Of a DNA stretch of 41,686 nt, positions 19,960-27,805 are shown piece by piece. Position numbers and translations under genes: made by a program. The stretch is from a candidate division WS6 bacterium GW2011_GWE2_33_157 (GTDB lineage Bacteria > Patescibacteriota > Dojkabacteria > SC72): the NCBI GenBank assembly GCA_000989675.1, contig LBOT01000005.1:9289-50974 (forward strand). The letters are read 5' to 3'. Each line of letters starts with the position of its first letter. The first letter of the stretch is position 1. The notes below the pieces were generated by a model that saw only the letters and a program-made list of their open reading frames with translations, had not been told where the DNA came from and did not search any database.

Positions 19960-19989
19960 TTGACATTACTACTGATATTCTCATAAACT
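19960..19989 (+). promoter_or_regulatory. Possible promoter TTGACA-N18-TAAACT upstream of surface-protein gene
   Basis: A perfect -35 hexamer at 19960-19965 and a weak -10 at 19984-19989. Confidence 0.3.
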
Positions 19990-20034
19990 CTATTAAGAAA
20001 ACATATTTTTTAACATAGCTAAAACTGCCTTTAC

Positions 20035-21786
20035 ATGGATAGACAGAGTAGAAATACTAAAAAAGCCCTCAAAGCCCTAGTTATAGTAGGAATCATACTA
20101 TTACTTGCTCTTGTTGGAGCTGTAGTCTACTTCTATGCACTAAATGATAAACAAAGCCAAGAAGAAGAACTTAATAAAATAACTTGTGGCTGTTACATGA
20201 TAGATCCAGCGGTTGTAAATGAGTGTGGTGATCCTAAGAGAGCATTTCTTTTCAATATCAATACAGTAGATTCAGATCAAACATGTAATGCTACATGTGA
20301 CATAAACCAAGTAGCTGATAATTTACTAAATAGTACTACTGCAAAAGAAACATATAAAAGTTGTACCGTTAGAAGTATCTCTGATACAAGATGTGAAAAT
20401 ATGATTCTTAAGGATCAAGACGGAAAGATAATAACAGGAAGAATTAAACCTACGGACGAAATTAATGTTGAAGCTACATTTGATAAATCAACGTATACTG
20501 ATTACTCGTTCAAAATAAATACAGAGAGTTTTACCCCAGATAGTACAGATGGAAATAAGATTACAAAGAAAATAACAAATTTTGAAGGATTAAGTTCTGT
20601 AGAAGTGCTCGCTACTGCCAAAGACTTGCAAGGTGACCAAATCAATTCAATAGTATGTAGAAGAGTTGTTGATATACAAACGGCAGGATCAACAACGGTA
20701 ACTACAATGTCCGCTATTACAGAACAACAAAGTGATGGAAAAACAAAAGTATCACAAATCTCTATATCAGTAGGGCAATTAGCTAGCAATAATGTAAAGA
20801 TAAAATACTCATTTGGAGATAAATTCGCCACTATTACAGCTAAGAGTGGAATTACAGTTGAATCCTCTAAAGGTTCAATAACAATGTCCAAATTAGATTT
20901 GTATGATGCCACAAACTTTGAAAGCCAATCCTTTGATATTCTTAATAATCATCTAGGAGATTTAACTATTACAACAGAGGTATTTGTTGATGATATTAGT
21001 ATTGGATCAGCATCTACCAAAGTAATTTTCACTCAAACAGATGTAACACCACAACAACCAGCAACAGAAGAACCCATAACAGAAGCTCAAAAGTCTAACT
21101 TCACAACAACAAAGACATCAGCTCAGTCATGTGTAGAAAGAGTTGAGGGAAGCAATTTAGCAACGTTTACAATCACAGTAAAGAATAATAAAGATGTAGC
21201 AGACAGTATTACCTCTATTAAAGATAAGTTACCACTTGGATTCATATACTCAGCAGCAACATCTACAGTGAATGGTTCAACTGTAACAGATGCGTCAATG
21301 GTAACGATAACACCTGTAGGAGAATCACAAGAAATTGTATGGCAGCCATCTAGTGCGTGGAGTCTTCCTGCACAAGGGAATTTAGTAATTACATTCCAGG
21401 CAACTGCAAGTAGCACTGCAATATCAGGACAAAATCAAAACGAAGTAATTGTAAATCCTGTTGAGATACCACTTGATCCAGCAACTTTAAGAGCAGAAGC
21501 TATGATTACAGTTGCACAGGATTGTGACAATATTACAGAAGAAGAGCAACAGGAAGTTCCAAGTACTGGTATATTTGATAACTTCATCATCAGAATTGGA
21601 ATAGGTATATTAATATTAATAACCGGGTGGATAATATATACAAGACCAGAGGGAACGACAATATCAAGTATGATAGTAGAATCAAGAATATATAGTGATG
21701 TAGAGCTAACAAAGTATAAAGTTACAGACCCAAAGAAGTACTTTGAAGAGAAAATATTAAGGGGAAAATCTAGAGGGAGTCGATAG
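20035..21786 (+). CDS. Surface protein: N-terminal TM anchor, Cys-rich region, DUF11-like repeat domain, VPSTG sorting-like motif, TM and 46-aa tail
   Basis: TM ALVIVGIILLLALVGAVVYFYAL with an eight-Cys segment. DUF11-like region: ATFTITVKNNKDVADSITSIKDKLPLGFIYS...GNLVITFQATAS. C-terminal end: QQEVPSTG-IFDNFIIRIGIGILILITGWIIY-TRPEG... Confidence 0.7.
   Translation: MDRQSRNTKKALKALVIVGIILLLALVGAVVYFYALNDKQSQEEELNKITCGCYMIDPAVVNECGDPKRAFLFNINTVDSDQTCNATCDINQVADNLLNSTTAKETYKSCTVRSISDTRCENMILKDQDGKIITGRIKPTDEINVEATFDKSTYTDYSFKINTESFTPDSTDGNKITKKITNFEGLSSVEVLATAKDLQGDQINSIVCRRVVDIQTAGSTTVTTMSAITEQQSDGKTKVSQISISVGQLASNNVKIKYSFGDKFATITAKSGITVESSKGSITMSKLDLYDATNFESQSFDILNNHLGDLTITTEVFVDDISIGSASTKVIFTQTDVTPQQPATEEPITEAQKSNFTTTKTSAQSCVERVEGSNLATFTITVKNNKDVADSITSIKDKLPLGFIYSAATSTVNGSTVTDASMVTITPVGESQEIVWQPSSAWSLPAQGNLVITFQATASSTAISGQNQNEVIVNPVEIPLDPATLRAEAMITVAQDCDNITEEEQQEVPSTGIFDNFIIRIGIGILILITGWIIYTRPEGTTISSMIVESRIYSDVELTKYKVTDPKKYFEEKILRGKSRGSR
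21556..21570 (+). other. VPSTG sortase-recognition-like motif
   Basis: GTT CCA AGT ACT GGT, immediately followed by a roughly 25-residue hydrophobic span. Confidence 0.5.
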
Positions 21787-22189
21787 AAAAGGAAATTGGT
21801 AAGCCAGACTTACCATAACTAATACCATCTGAAACAACAGAAAAATAATATATCTTAGAAGATAGTAAAGATTTTAATACAACAGTATGATTCTTACTCT
21901 CTATACCATTTTCCAAATCTATTCCAACCATTCTTAAATCTTTCATCTCAGTACCATACACAATATAACCTGAGCACTTACTTTTACTTTTCCATGATAT
22001 ATTAACAGTATTCTCCTCATCTCCCCTTTTTATATCAATATTGTAAGGAGTACAACCTTCAACAAATATAGAACTCTCTGAACCTGAGACCTTTACAACA
22101 AAAACCGTTACTACACAAACTAGTACAAACAGTACACCTACTACTAAAGGTCCATTCCTTTTTACCCTATTCCACAATAACATAATCAA
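21770..22189 (-). CDS. Small TM-anchored FN3 / purple-acid-phosphatase-N-like domain protein
   Basis: 139 aa with TM GPLVVGVLFVLVCVVTVFVV, then NISWKSKSKCSGYIVYG...HTVVLKSLLSSKIYYFSVVSDGISYG. This is the same signature as the domains in the gene at 1-1448. Confidence 0.6.
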   Translation of the reverse strand: MIMLLWNRVKRNGPLVVGVLFVLVCVVTVFVVKVSGSESSIFVEGCTPYNIDIKRGDEENTVNISWKSKSKCSGYIVYGTEMKDLRMVGIDLENGIESKNHTVVLKSLLSSKIYYFSVVSDGISYGKSGLPISFSIDSL

Positions 22190-22430
22190 CTAAATCTGAA
22201 CTTAATGTACCATCTGAAACAGTTAGAATTACTCTGTATGTACCAATATCTTGTATTGTTGGTATACCAACTACAAAACCATTTTCATCAACTGCCATCC
22301 AACTAGGTCCCTCCTGTATTGAGACGCTCAAATTCTCCGTATTTCCACCAACAATCCTTGGTACAAATATATACTCTTTACCCACATATGCTACATTAGA
22401 AATCATATTTGTAATATAAGGGGTACTCAA
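22167..22430 (-). CDS. Putative-Ig (cadherin-like) domain fragment; possibly the frameshifted body of a secreted protein
   Basis: 87-aa ORF with a TTG start. The motif is GKEYIFVPRIVGGNTENLSVSIQEGPSWMAVDENGFVVGIPTIQDIGTYRVILTVSDG. It has no signal peptide in frame, but one is encoded just upstream in another frame (see findings). Confidence 0.45.
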   Translation of the reverse strand: MSTPYITNMISNVAYVGKEYIFVPRIVGGNTENLSVSIQEGPSWMAVDENGFVVGIPTIQDIGTYRVILTVSDGTLSSDLVDYVIVE

Positions 22431-22539
22431 ACTGATGATGTAATCGTAATAGATGGGATAAGAATAATCAAAATATTAAGTAGTACTTTCTTTGTATTTA
22501 TTTGAACCATATAAAATAGTGTATCAGTAAAATTTTCTG

Positions 22540-22568
22540 TTTACAAACCTACAAGTAATGTATATAAT
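22540..22568 (+). promoter_or_regulatory. Sigma70-like promoter TTTACA-N17-TATAAT for rpsT
   Basis: Sequence TTTACA aacctacaagtaatgta TATAAT. It overlaps the ORF-track ATG at 22558, which argues for the MPNLK start at 22609. Confidence 0.65.
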
Positions 22569-22608
22569 ACACCCGAATACACTATCATTTTATTCACTTT
22601 TTGTAATA

Positions 22609-22905
22609 ATGCCAAATTTAAAAACATCTATAAAAGACCTTAGACAAACTAAGAGAAGGACAGTATATAACGATAGATTAAGAAAAAGAATAAAGAAGTC
22701 TGTAAAGAGATTCCAAGATCAGATAACTGCAGGAGAGAAGGACGGTGCTGAGAAATCTTTAAAACAAACTTTCAAAGTTCTTGACAAAGCATCTAAGAAA
22801 CATGTTATAAACAAAGGTAGAGCAAGCCGCAAAAGATCTAGACTTGCAATTCAACTTAACAAACTGTCCATAAATAATGTCAAAGATACTAAAAAGGGCG
22901 CTTAA
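22609..22905 (+). CDS. rpsT: 30S ribosomal protein S20
   Basis: MPNLKTSIKDLRQTKRRTVYNDRLRKRIK...ASKKHVINKGRASRKRSRL is a typical S20 sequence. Confidence 0.9.
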   Translation: MPNLKTSIKDLRQTKRRTVYNDRLRKRIKKSVKRFQDQITAGEKDGAEKSLKQTFKVLDKASKKHVINKGRASRKRSRLAIQLNKLSINNVKDTKKGA

Positions 22906-23425
22906 GAACACCATAGTTCCTGCAATAACAATGATTGCTGGTAAATCACTTGGGGTTTTTGTAGTAAGTGCAATATACGGTTTTTCGTTACAAATAGGTA
23001 ATGATATAAACGGTATTTTCTCAACACAAATATATTTTCAAGATAGAGAGGTTACACAATTTGTAAACTCAATGTCTGATTTAATAATGCTACTCTCTTT
23101 AGCAGTACCAACTATGTATCTAATCATCAAAACTGCAATATTCCAATCAGCATCCAATAATCCAAAAACAATTGTAAAAGTAGCAGAGTTTAATATGCTT
23201 AAATGGATAACAAAAGATGATACATCATTCCTTAAGATCTTCATTTGGTGTGCATTCCTTTGGATAGCATCAGCATTAGTGATAAGAAATGGAATACAAA
23301 ATGATACATATTCATGGATAGCAATATTAGCAGGTGGTATATCATTCATAACTGGCTTGGGAGCACTGAAGACATTTGAAGTTGAAACAAATAAAGTATA
23401 TCCTGATAGTAAGAAGTATTACTAG
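22877..23425 (+). CDS. Hypothetical polytopic membrane protein (about 4 TM)
   Basis: 182-aa ORF with hydrophobic spans (GVFVVSAIYGF, LIMLLSLAVPTMYLII, IFIWCAFLWIASALVI, WIAILAGGISFITGLGAL). No family recognised. The start is uncertain (alternative ATG 22931). Confidence 0.5.
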   Translation: MSKILKRALKNTIVPAITMIAGKSLGVFVVSAIYGFSLQIGNDINGIFSTQIYFQDREVTQFVNSMSDLIMLLSLAVPTMYLIIKTAIFQSASNNPKTIVKVAEFNMLKWITKDDTSFLKIFIWCAFLWIASALVIRNGIQNDTYSWIAILAGGISFITGLGALKTFEVETNKVYPDSKKYY

Positions 23426-23426
23426 A

Positions 23427-23981
23427 ATGAGAACAGAAAAATTTAAAAAATTTGCCACCTTTGTCTTAGAACCCATTGCATTTGGTTTACTTGCACTTCT
23501 TTTCATTCTCCCAACAATAACTGTAATGAATTTACAACCAATTACAAAAGCACTTAACAATATAAATGTGTTAGGTGTTGGTAATAAAGCAGAATTGAAA
23601 GTAAATATTGTTGGAGGAACACATCAAATATTCTCACAAGAGAAAATAGATGAAGTTGATGGACAGTATACATACAAGACAATCCTTACAAGAAGAGAAT
23701 CAGATAGATACTCTAAACCAATAATAGAAATCATAAATAATAAAGCTCAAGAAACCATTGTTGAAATATATGGAGGTACTCAATTACCTACAGGTTCCGA
23801 TATAACTATGATTATTAGTGACCAAGTATATAGATTACAAGCTCCAAACGGTGATGTTACATCACATAAAATAACATTAATACCAGGTCAAAAATATATC
23901 ATATTCTTAGCTGTAGAAACCTTTTCTGATGTACAATTCGAAGAAGACTTCCAGCTAAATATTAAAGAGCTTTCATTTTAA
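23427..23981 (+). CDS. Hypothetical N-terminally anchored beta-rich protein
   Basis: MRTEKFKKFATFVLEPIAFGLLALLFILPTITV, followed by a roughly 150-aa soluble domain. The start is placed at the ATG right after the upstream TAG. No family recognised. Confidence 0.5.
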   Translation: MRTEKFKKFATFVLEPIAFGLLALLFILPTITVMNLQPITKALNNINVLGVGNKAELKVNIVGGTHQIFSQEKIDEVDGQYTYKTILTRRESDRYSKPIIEIINNKAQETIVEIYGGTQLPTGSDITMIISDQVYRLQAPNGDVTSHKITLIPGQKYIIFLAVETFSDVQFEEDFQLNIKELSF

Positions 23982-24032
23982 CGCTTAGTTTCTCATTAGA
24001 AATGTAATATAATTACCCTGTATTCAATATAT

Positions 24033-25856
24033 ATGGGTAACAGCAATCTAAATAAAATACGCAATTTCTCAATAATTGCACATATAGACCATGGTAAATC
24101 TACATTAGCAGATAGGATGTTAGAAGCTGCTCATATAGATATATCTAGGGATAAAAGAGAATCAAGGATATTAGATAGATTGGATTTAGAACAAGAGAAA
24201 GGAATCACCATTAAACTACAAGCTTGTAGAATGATATGGAAAGGATATGAATTAAACCTCATAGACACACCAGGACATGTGGATTTCTCATATGAAGTAT
24301 CAAGATCATTAGCTGCATGTGAATGTGCAATACTCCTTGTAGATGCATCACAGGGTGTTCAAGCACAAACTATTTCAACAACTCAAAAAGCATTAGATTT
24401 AGGTTTAACATTAATACCTGTAATTAACAAAATTGATTTACCAAATGTAGATATTAAAGCTAGAGAAGATGAGTTAACCCAATTACTAGGATTTAACAAA
24501 GAAGACATAATTAAGGTATCTGGTAAAACAGGAGAAGGTGTAGAACAATTACTAGATGCAATCATTGAATACTGCCCTGCTCCAAAGGGTGATATGGATA
24601 ACACTCTTAAAGCATTAATATTTGATTCCTTCTATGATGAGCATAGAGGTGTAGTTGTTGCAGTAAGAATATTTGATGGTAAGGTCAAATATATACCAGG
24701 AAAATCAATAGAGCTTTACATACTTCAAAAAGGTGAAGTATTCAAACCAACAGAGGTAGGAATCTTTACACCAGATTTAGAAGAAACAACAGAATTAAAT
24801 ACAGGAGAAGTAGGATATATTGCAACAGGATTAAAAGAAATAAGCTTCTTTACAGTAGGAGACACTATCTCAGATTCAAAAGACACACCTCCATTAGAAG
24901 GATACAAAACTCCAAAACCGAATGTATTTGCTACATTTTTTCCTACTACTACAGATCAATATGAACCCTTAAAGATAGGATTAAACAAATTAAGCATGAA
25001 TGATGCATCTTTAACATTCTCTGATCAAAGATCTAGTCTTTTGGGAACAGGCTTTAGATGTGGTTTCTTAGGTTTACTACATATGGAAATAATTCAAGAA
25101 AGATTAGAGAGAGAATACAATGTTGAATTAATAATTACAGCACCAACAGTAGAGTACAAAGTTACAAAGACAGATGGAAGTAAGATAACAATACAAACTC
25201 CTCAAGAATTACCAGATCCATCTGAAATATCAGAAATATTTGAACCGTGGGTTCGATTAAAAATGATGACTCCTGATAGATATATGGGAATAATAATGGA
25301 GTTATGCCAAAATAAAAGAGGACAATATGTAGATACTAAATATTTAACATCACCATCTGGAGATATACAATTAAAGGATCAATATATAATCTTAGAATAT
25401 GATATCCCACTAGCCTCTTTAGTATCTAATTTCTTTGATCAATTAAAAAACAAATCTAGTGGATATGCTTCAATGGAATATGAACTCATAGATTTCTTTC
25501 CAGTAGAATTAGTAAAAGTAGCTGTACTTGTTAACCATGAAGAAATACCTGCATTAAGTTTCCTAGAAACAAAAGATCTCGCAAGAGGTAAAGCTGCTAA
25601 ATTGCTCGAGGTAATGAAAGAGGAAATACCAAGACAACAATTCCCTATTCCTCTTCAAGCATCAATAGGAGCAAAAATAATAGCAAGAGAAGATGTAAAA
25701 GCATTTAGAAAAGATGTAACAGCCAAACTATATGGTGGTGACTATACTAGAAGATTAAAACTTTTAGAAAAACAGAAAAAGGGGAAGAAAAGATTAAAGA
25801 TGATTGGTCAAGTTAATATCCCTCAAGAAGCATTCTTAAGTATACTTAAGACATAA
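24033..25856 (+). CDS. lepA: Elongation factor 4 (LepA)
   Basis: 607 aa with IRNFSIIAHIDHGKSTLADR, DTPGHVDF, NKIDL, and the LepA C-terminal domain (KLYGGDYTRRLKLLEKQKKGKKRLK). Confidence 0.95.
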   Translation: MGNSNLNKIRNFSIIAHIDHGKSTLADRMLEAAHIDISRDKRESRILDRLDLEQEKGITIKLQACRMIWKGYELNLIDTPGHVDFSYEVSRSLAACECAILLVDASQGVQAQTISTTQKALDLGLTLIPVINKIDLPNVDIKAREDELTQLLGFNKEDIIKVSGKTGEGVEQLLDAIIEYCPAPKGDMDNTLKALIFDSFYDEHRGVVVAVRIFDGKVKYIPGKSIELYILQKGEVFKPTEVGIFTPDLEETTELNTGEVGYIATGLKEISFFTVGDTISDSKDTPPLEGYKTPKPNVFATFFPTTTDQYEPLKIGLNKLSMNDASLTFSDQRSSLLGTGFRCGFLGLLHMEIIQERLEREYNVELIITAPTVEYKVTKTDGSKITIQTPQELPDPSEISEIFEPWVRLKMMTPDRYMGIIMELCQNKRGQYVDTKYLTSPSGDIQLKDQYIILEYDIPLASLVSNFFDQLKNKSSGYASMEYELIDFFPVELVKVAVLVNHEEIPALSFLETKDLARGKAAKLLEVMKEEIPRQQFPIPLQASIGAKIIAREDVKAFRKDVTAKLYGGDYTRRLKLLEKQKKGKKRLKMIGQVNIPQEAFLSILKT

Positions 25857-26929
25857 TGATACAAAAACTCATATTAAAAAACTTTAGGAAATTCACAGAC
25901 CGAACATTTGAATTTGATAAAAACATTACTATCTTCTACGGTAGTAATGCACAAGGAAAAAGCTCTGTACTAGAAGCAATCTATCTTTTAGCCAATGGTA
26001 AATCTCCATGGGCACCAACGGATGAATATATAAATGACGAACAGAACAAACAAATACATACACGTATAGAAAGTATTGAAGATAATAAATCATATGTATA
26101 TTTTAAAGATACGAATAGTAGAATATTAAAAATAGAAGGTAAGAGTGTAAAATCTAAAACATTTTTTGAGAATAGATCAGCAACAATATTCAATCCAGAA
26201 AAAATAGAACTACTTATGATATCTTCCTCTCAAAGGAGAGATTTCTTAGATGATACGATACAAAAATATAACTATGAGTATGAGACATTACTAAAAGATT
26301 TTAGAAAAATACTTAGACAAAGGAATGCATATCTAAAGAGATTGTCTAAACTCTTCTATGAGCAAGGAATAATAGCAATAAATGATCCTCAACTTAATTT
26401 CTGGAGCAAACATTTTTCATTAACATCTGCATATATAACACAAAATAGGATATCTCTAACAAAAGAACTCTCACATAAAGGATACGAGGTAAAGTATAAA
26501 ACAGGATTTACATTTGATAAAAGGAAGCTAGGAAATACAGAGTATCTTCAAGAAAGTATTGAACAAGATTTAGAAAAAAGTAAAAGGAGAGATATTGCAA
26601 CAGGATATACAAATATAGGACCACATAGGGATGATTGGAGTATATCAAAAGATAGAGATATTCATAAATTTGGATCAAGAGGTGAAAAAAGATTGGCAAT
26701 TGGAGAATTAATATTTCAAACTCAGGATACTGTATTTAATAAAACATCACACTACCCTGTCCTTTTACTTGATGATATAGCTTCTGAATTAGATATATAC
26801 AACACTAAAAAAATATTTGAAAAGAAGATACTTGATAAACAACAAACCTTTATTACAGTAATAGATTATAAAACATTACCTAAAGAAATACTTAAGGATT
26901 CACAACTTATACACCTAAATGGACAATAG
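25856..26929 (+). CDS. recF: DNA replication and repair protein RecF
   Basis: Walker A GSNAQGKSSVLEAI, GPHRDDW, signature SRGEKRLAI, and Walker B LLLDDIASELD. TAATG overlap with lepA. Confidence 0.88.
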   Translation: MIQKLILKNFRKFTDRTFEFDKNITIFYGSNAQGKSSVLEAIYLLANGKSPWAPTDEYINDEQNKQIHTRIESIEDNKSYVYFKDTNSRILKIEGKSVKSKTFFENRSATIFNPEKIELLMISSSQRRDFLDDTIQKYNYEYETLLKDFRKILRQRNAYLKRLSKLFYEQGIIAINDPQLNFWSKHFSLTSAYITQNRISLTKELSHKGYEVKYKTGFTFDKRKLGNTEYLQESIEQDLEKSKRRDIATGYTNIGPHRDDWSISKDRDIHKFGSRGEKRLAIGELIFQTQDTVFNKTSHYPVLLLDDIASELDIYNTKKIFEKKILDKQQTFITVIDYKTLPKEILKDSQLIHLNGQ

Positions 26930-26980
26930 AGGATATTCTCTCCACTATTTTACATAATTCTGGTAAACTATTTGTGAATC

Positions 26981-27805
26981 ATGAGACAACATCCCATACC
27001 ACAAAATGTCTTGGATGTAGAGTTCAAACTTTTTACAAAGTTTACTTTAAAAGAGTTTGCATACTTAGCTACAGGAGTAAGTATTGGAGGAATATTCCTC
27101 TATCTAACATCAAGAGGTGATATACCAGGAGTAATTGGTATACCAATATTCGTAATATTTGCGGGATTAGGAACATTCTTTGCACTTGTCCCTATCAATG
27201 ATCAACCTGCAGATAAAGCAATTGCGAACTTCTTTACTGCAATAAATAGACCTACACAAAGAGTATGGTTAAATGACAAACTAAAGGACGAAAGAATAAA
27301 GCCTGAATTAACAACAGGAGAGGAATTGAATAAACCTAAAATCATAGGTGCATCTGAAATTCCACCAGTACAAAAGATAGATGATTTTGATGAGAATCCG
27401 GGAGATGACATCCTTTCAGAAAAAAAACTGGTGGATATAGAACAAGTACAAAGTAGTAAACCTGTTGAGAATACAGAGAATATAATAACAATATCAGAAG
27501 AGAATATATCTAAATACCAATTCTCAATTAAGAGTGTGGACAAACTACCAGGTAACATTAATATATGGCTCTGTACTAAAGATAACCAACCACTCTCAGA
27601 TATAAACACATATCTAAAAGATATAAATGGTAAAATTCTGTATGCAAATAAAACTGGCCCAAATGGATATTTCCTTACAAATAAAGTATACCCAGAAGGT
27701 GTTTACATTATAGAGTTTGAAGGAGTACCAACTACAACACCTAGTTTAAGAATAGTTGTTAATAAAGATTTTAATAAATTACCATTAAGGATTACACTTA
27801 AATAA
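26981..27805 (+). CDS. PrgI/VirB3-like T4SS membrane protein fused to a C-terminal CarboxypepD_reg-like beta-sandwich
   Basis: The N-terminus IPQNVLDVEFKLFTKFTLKEFAYLATGVSIGGIFLYL plus a second TM (GIPIFVIFAGLGTFFALV) follows the PrgI-family pattern. The C-terminus INTYLKDINGKILYANKTGPNGYFLTNKVYPEGVYIIEF resembles carboxypeptidase-regulatory-like domains. Confidence 0.65.
   Translation: MRQHPIPQNVLDVEFKLFTKFTLKEFAYLATGVSIGGIFLYLTSRGDIPGVIGIPIFVIFAGLGTFFALVPINDQPADKAIANFFTAINRPTQRVWLNDKLKDERIKPELTTGEELNKPKIIGASEIPPVQKIDDFDENPGDDILSEKKLVDIEQVQSSKPVENTENIITISEENISKYQFSIKSVDKLPGNINIWLCTKDNQPLSDINTYLKDINGKILYANKTGPNGYFLTNKVYPEGVYIIEFEGVPTTTPSLRIVVNKDFNKLPLRITLK

Noticed and set aside
22425-22435. 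Programmed ribosomal frameshift at GTT TGA joining the signal anchor to the Ig-like ORF
   Set aside because: A -1 (or +2) shift is required, but there is no X XXY YYZ slippery heptamer. The prfB-like +1 slip on GTT TGA leads into a frame with an early stop. A mutation or assembly error is the simpler explanation.
22558-22608. Upstream ATG extending rpsT by 17 codons
   Set aside because: This ATG sits inside the TTTACA-N17-TATAAT promoter. S20 homologs begin at MPNLK/MANIK-type sequences.
23376-23426. Upstream extension of the 23427-23981 ORF, overlapping the preceding gene by 50 nt
   Set aside because: The extension is in the tail of the preceding membrane-protein gene. An ATG directly after that gene's TAG gives a sensible basic n-region plus TM start.
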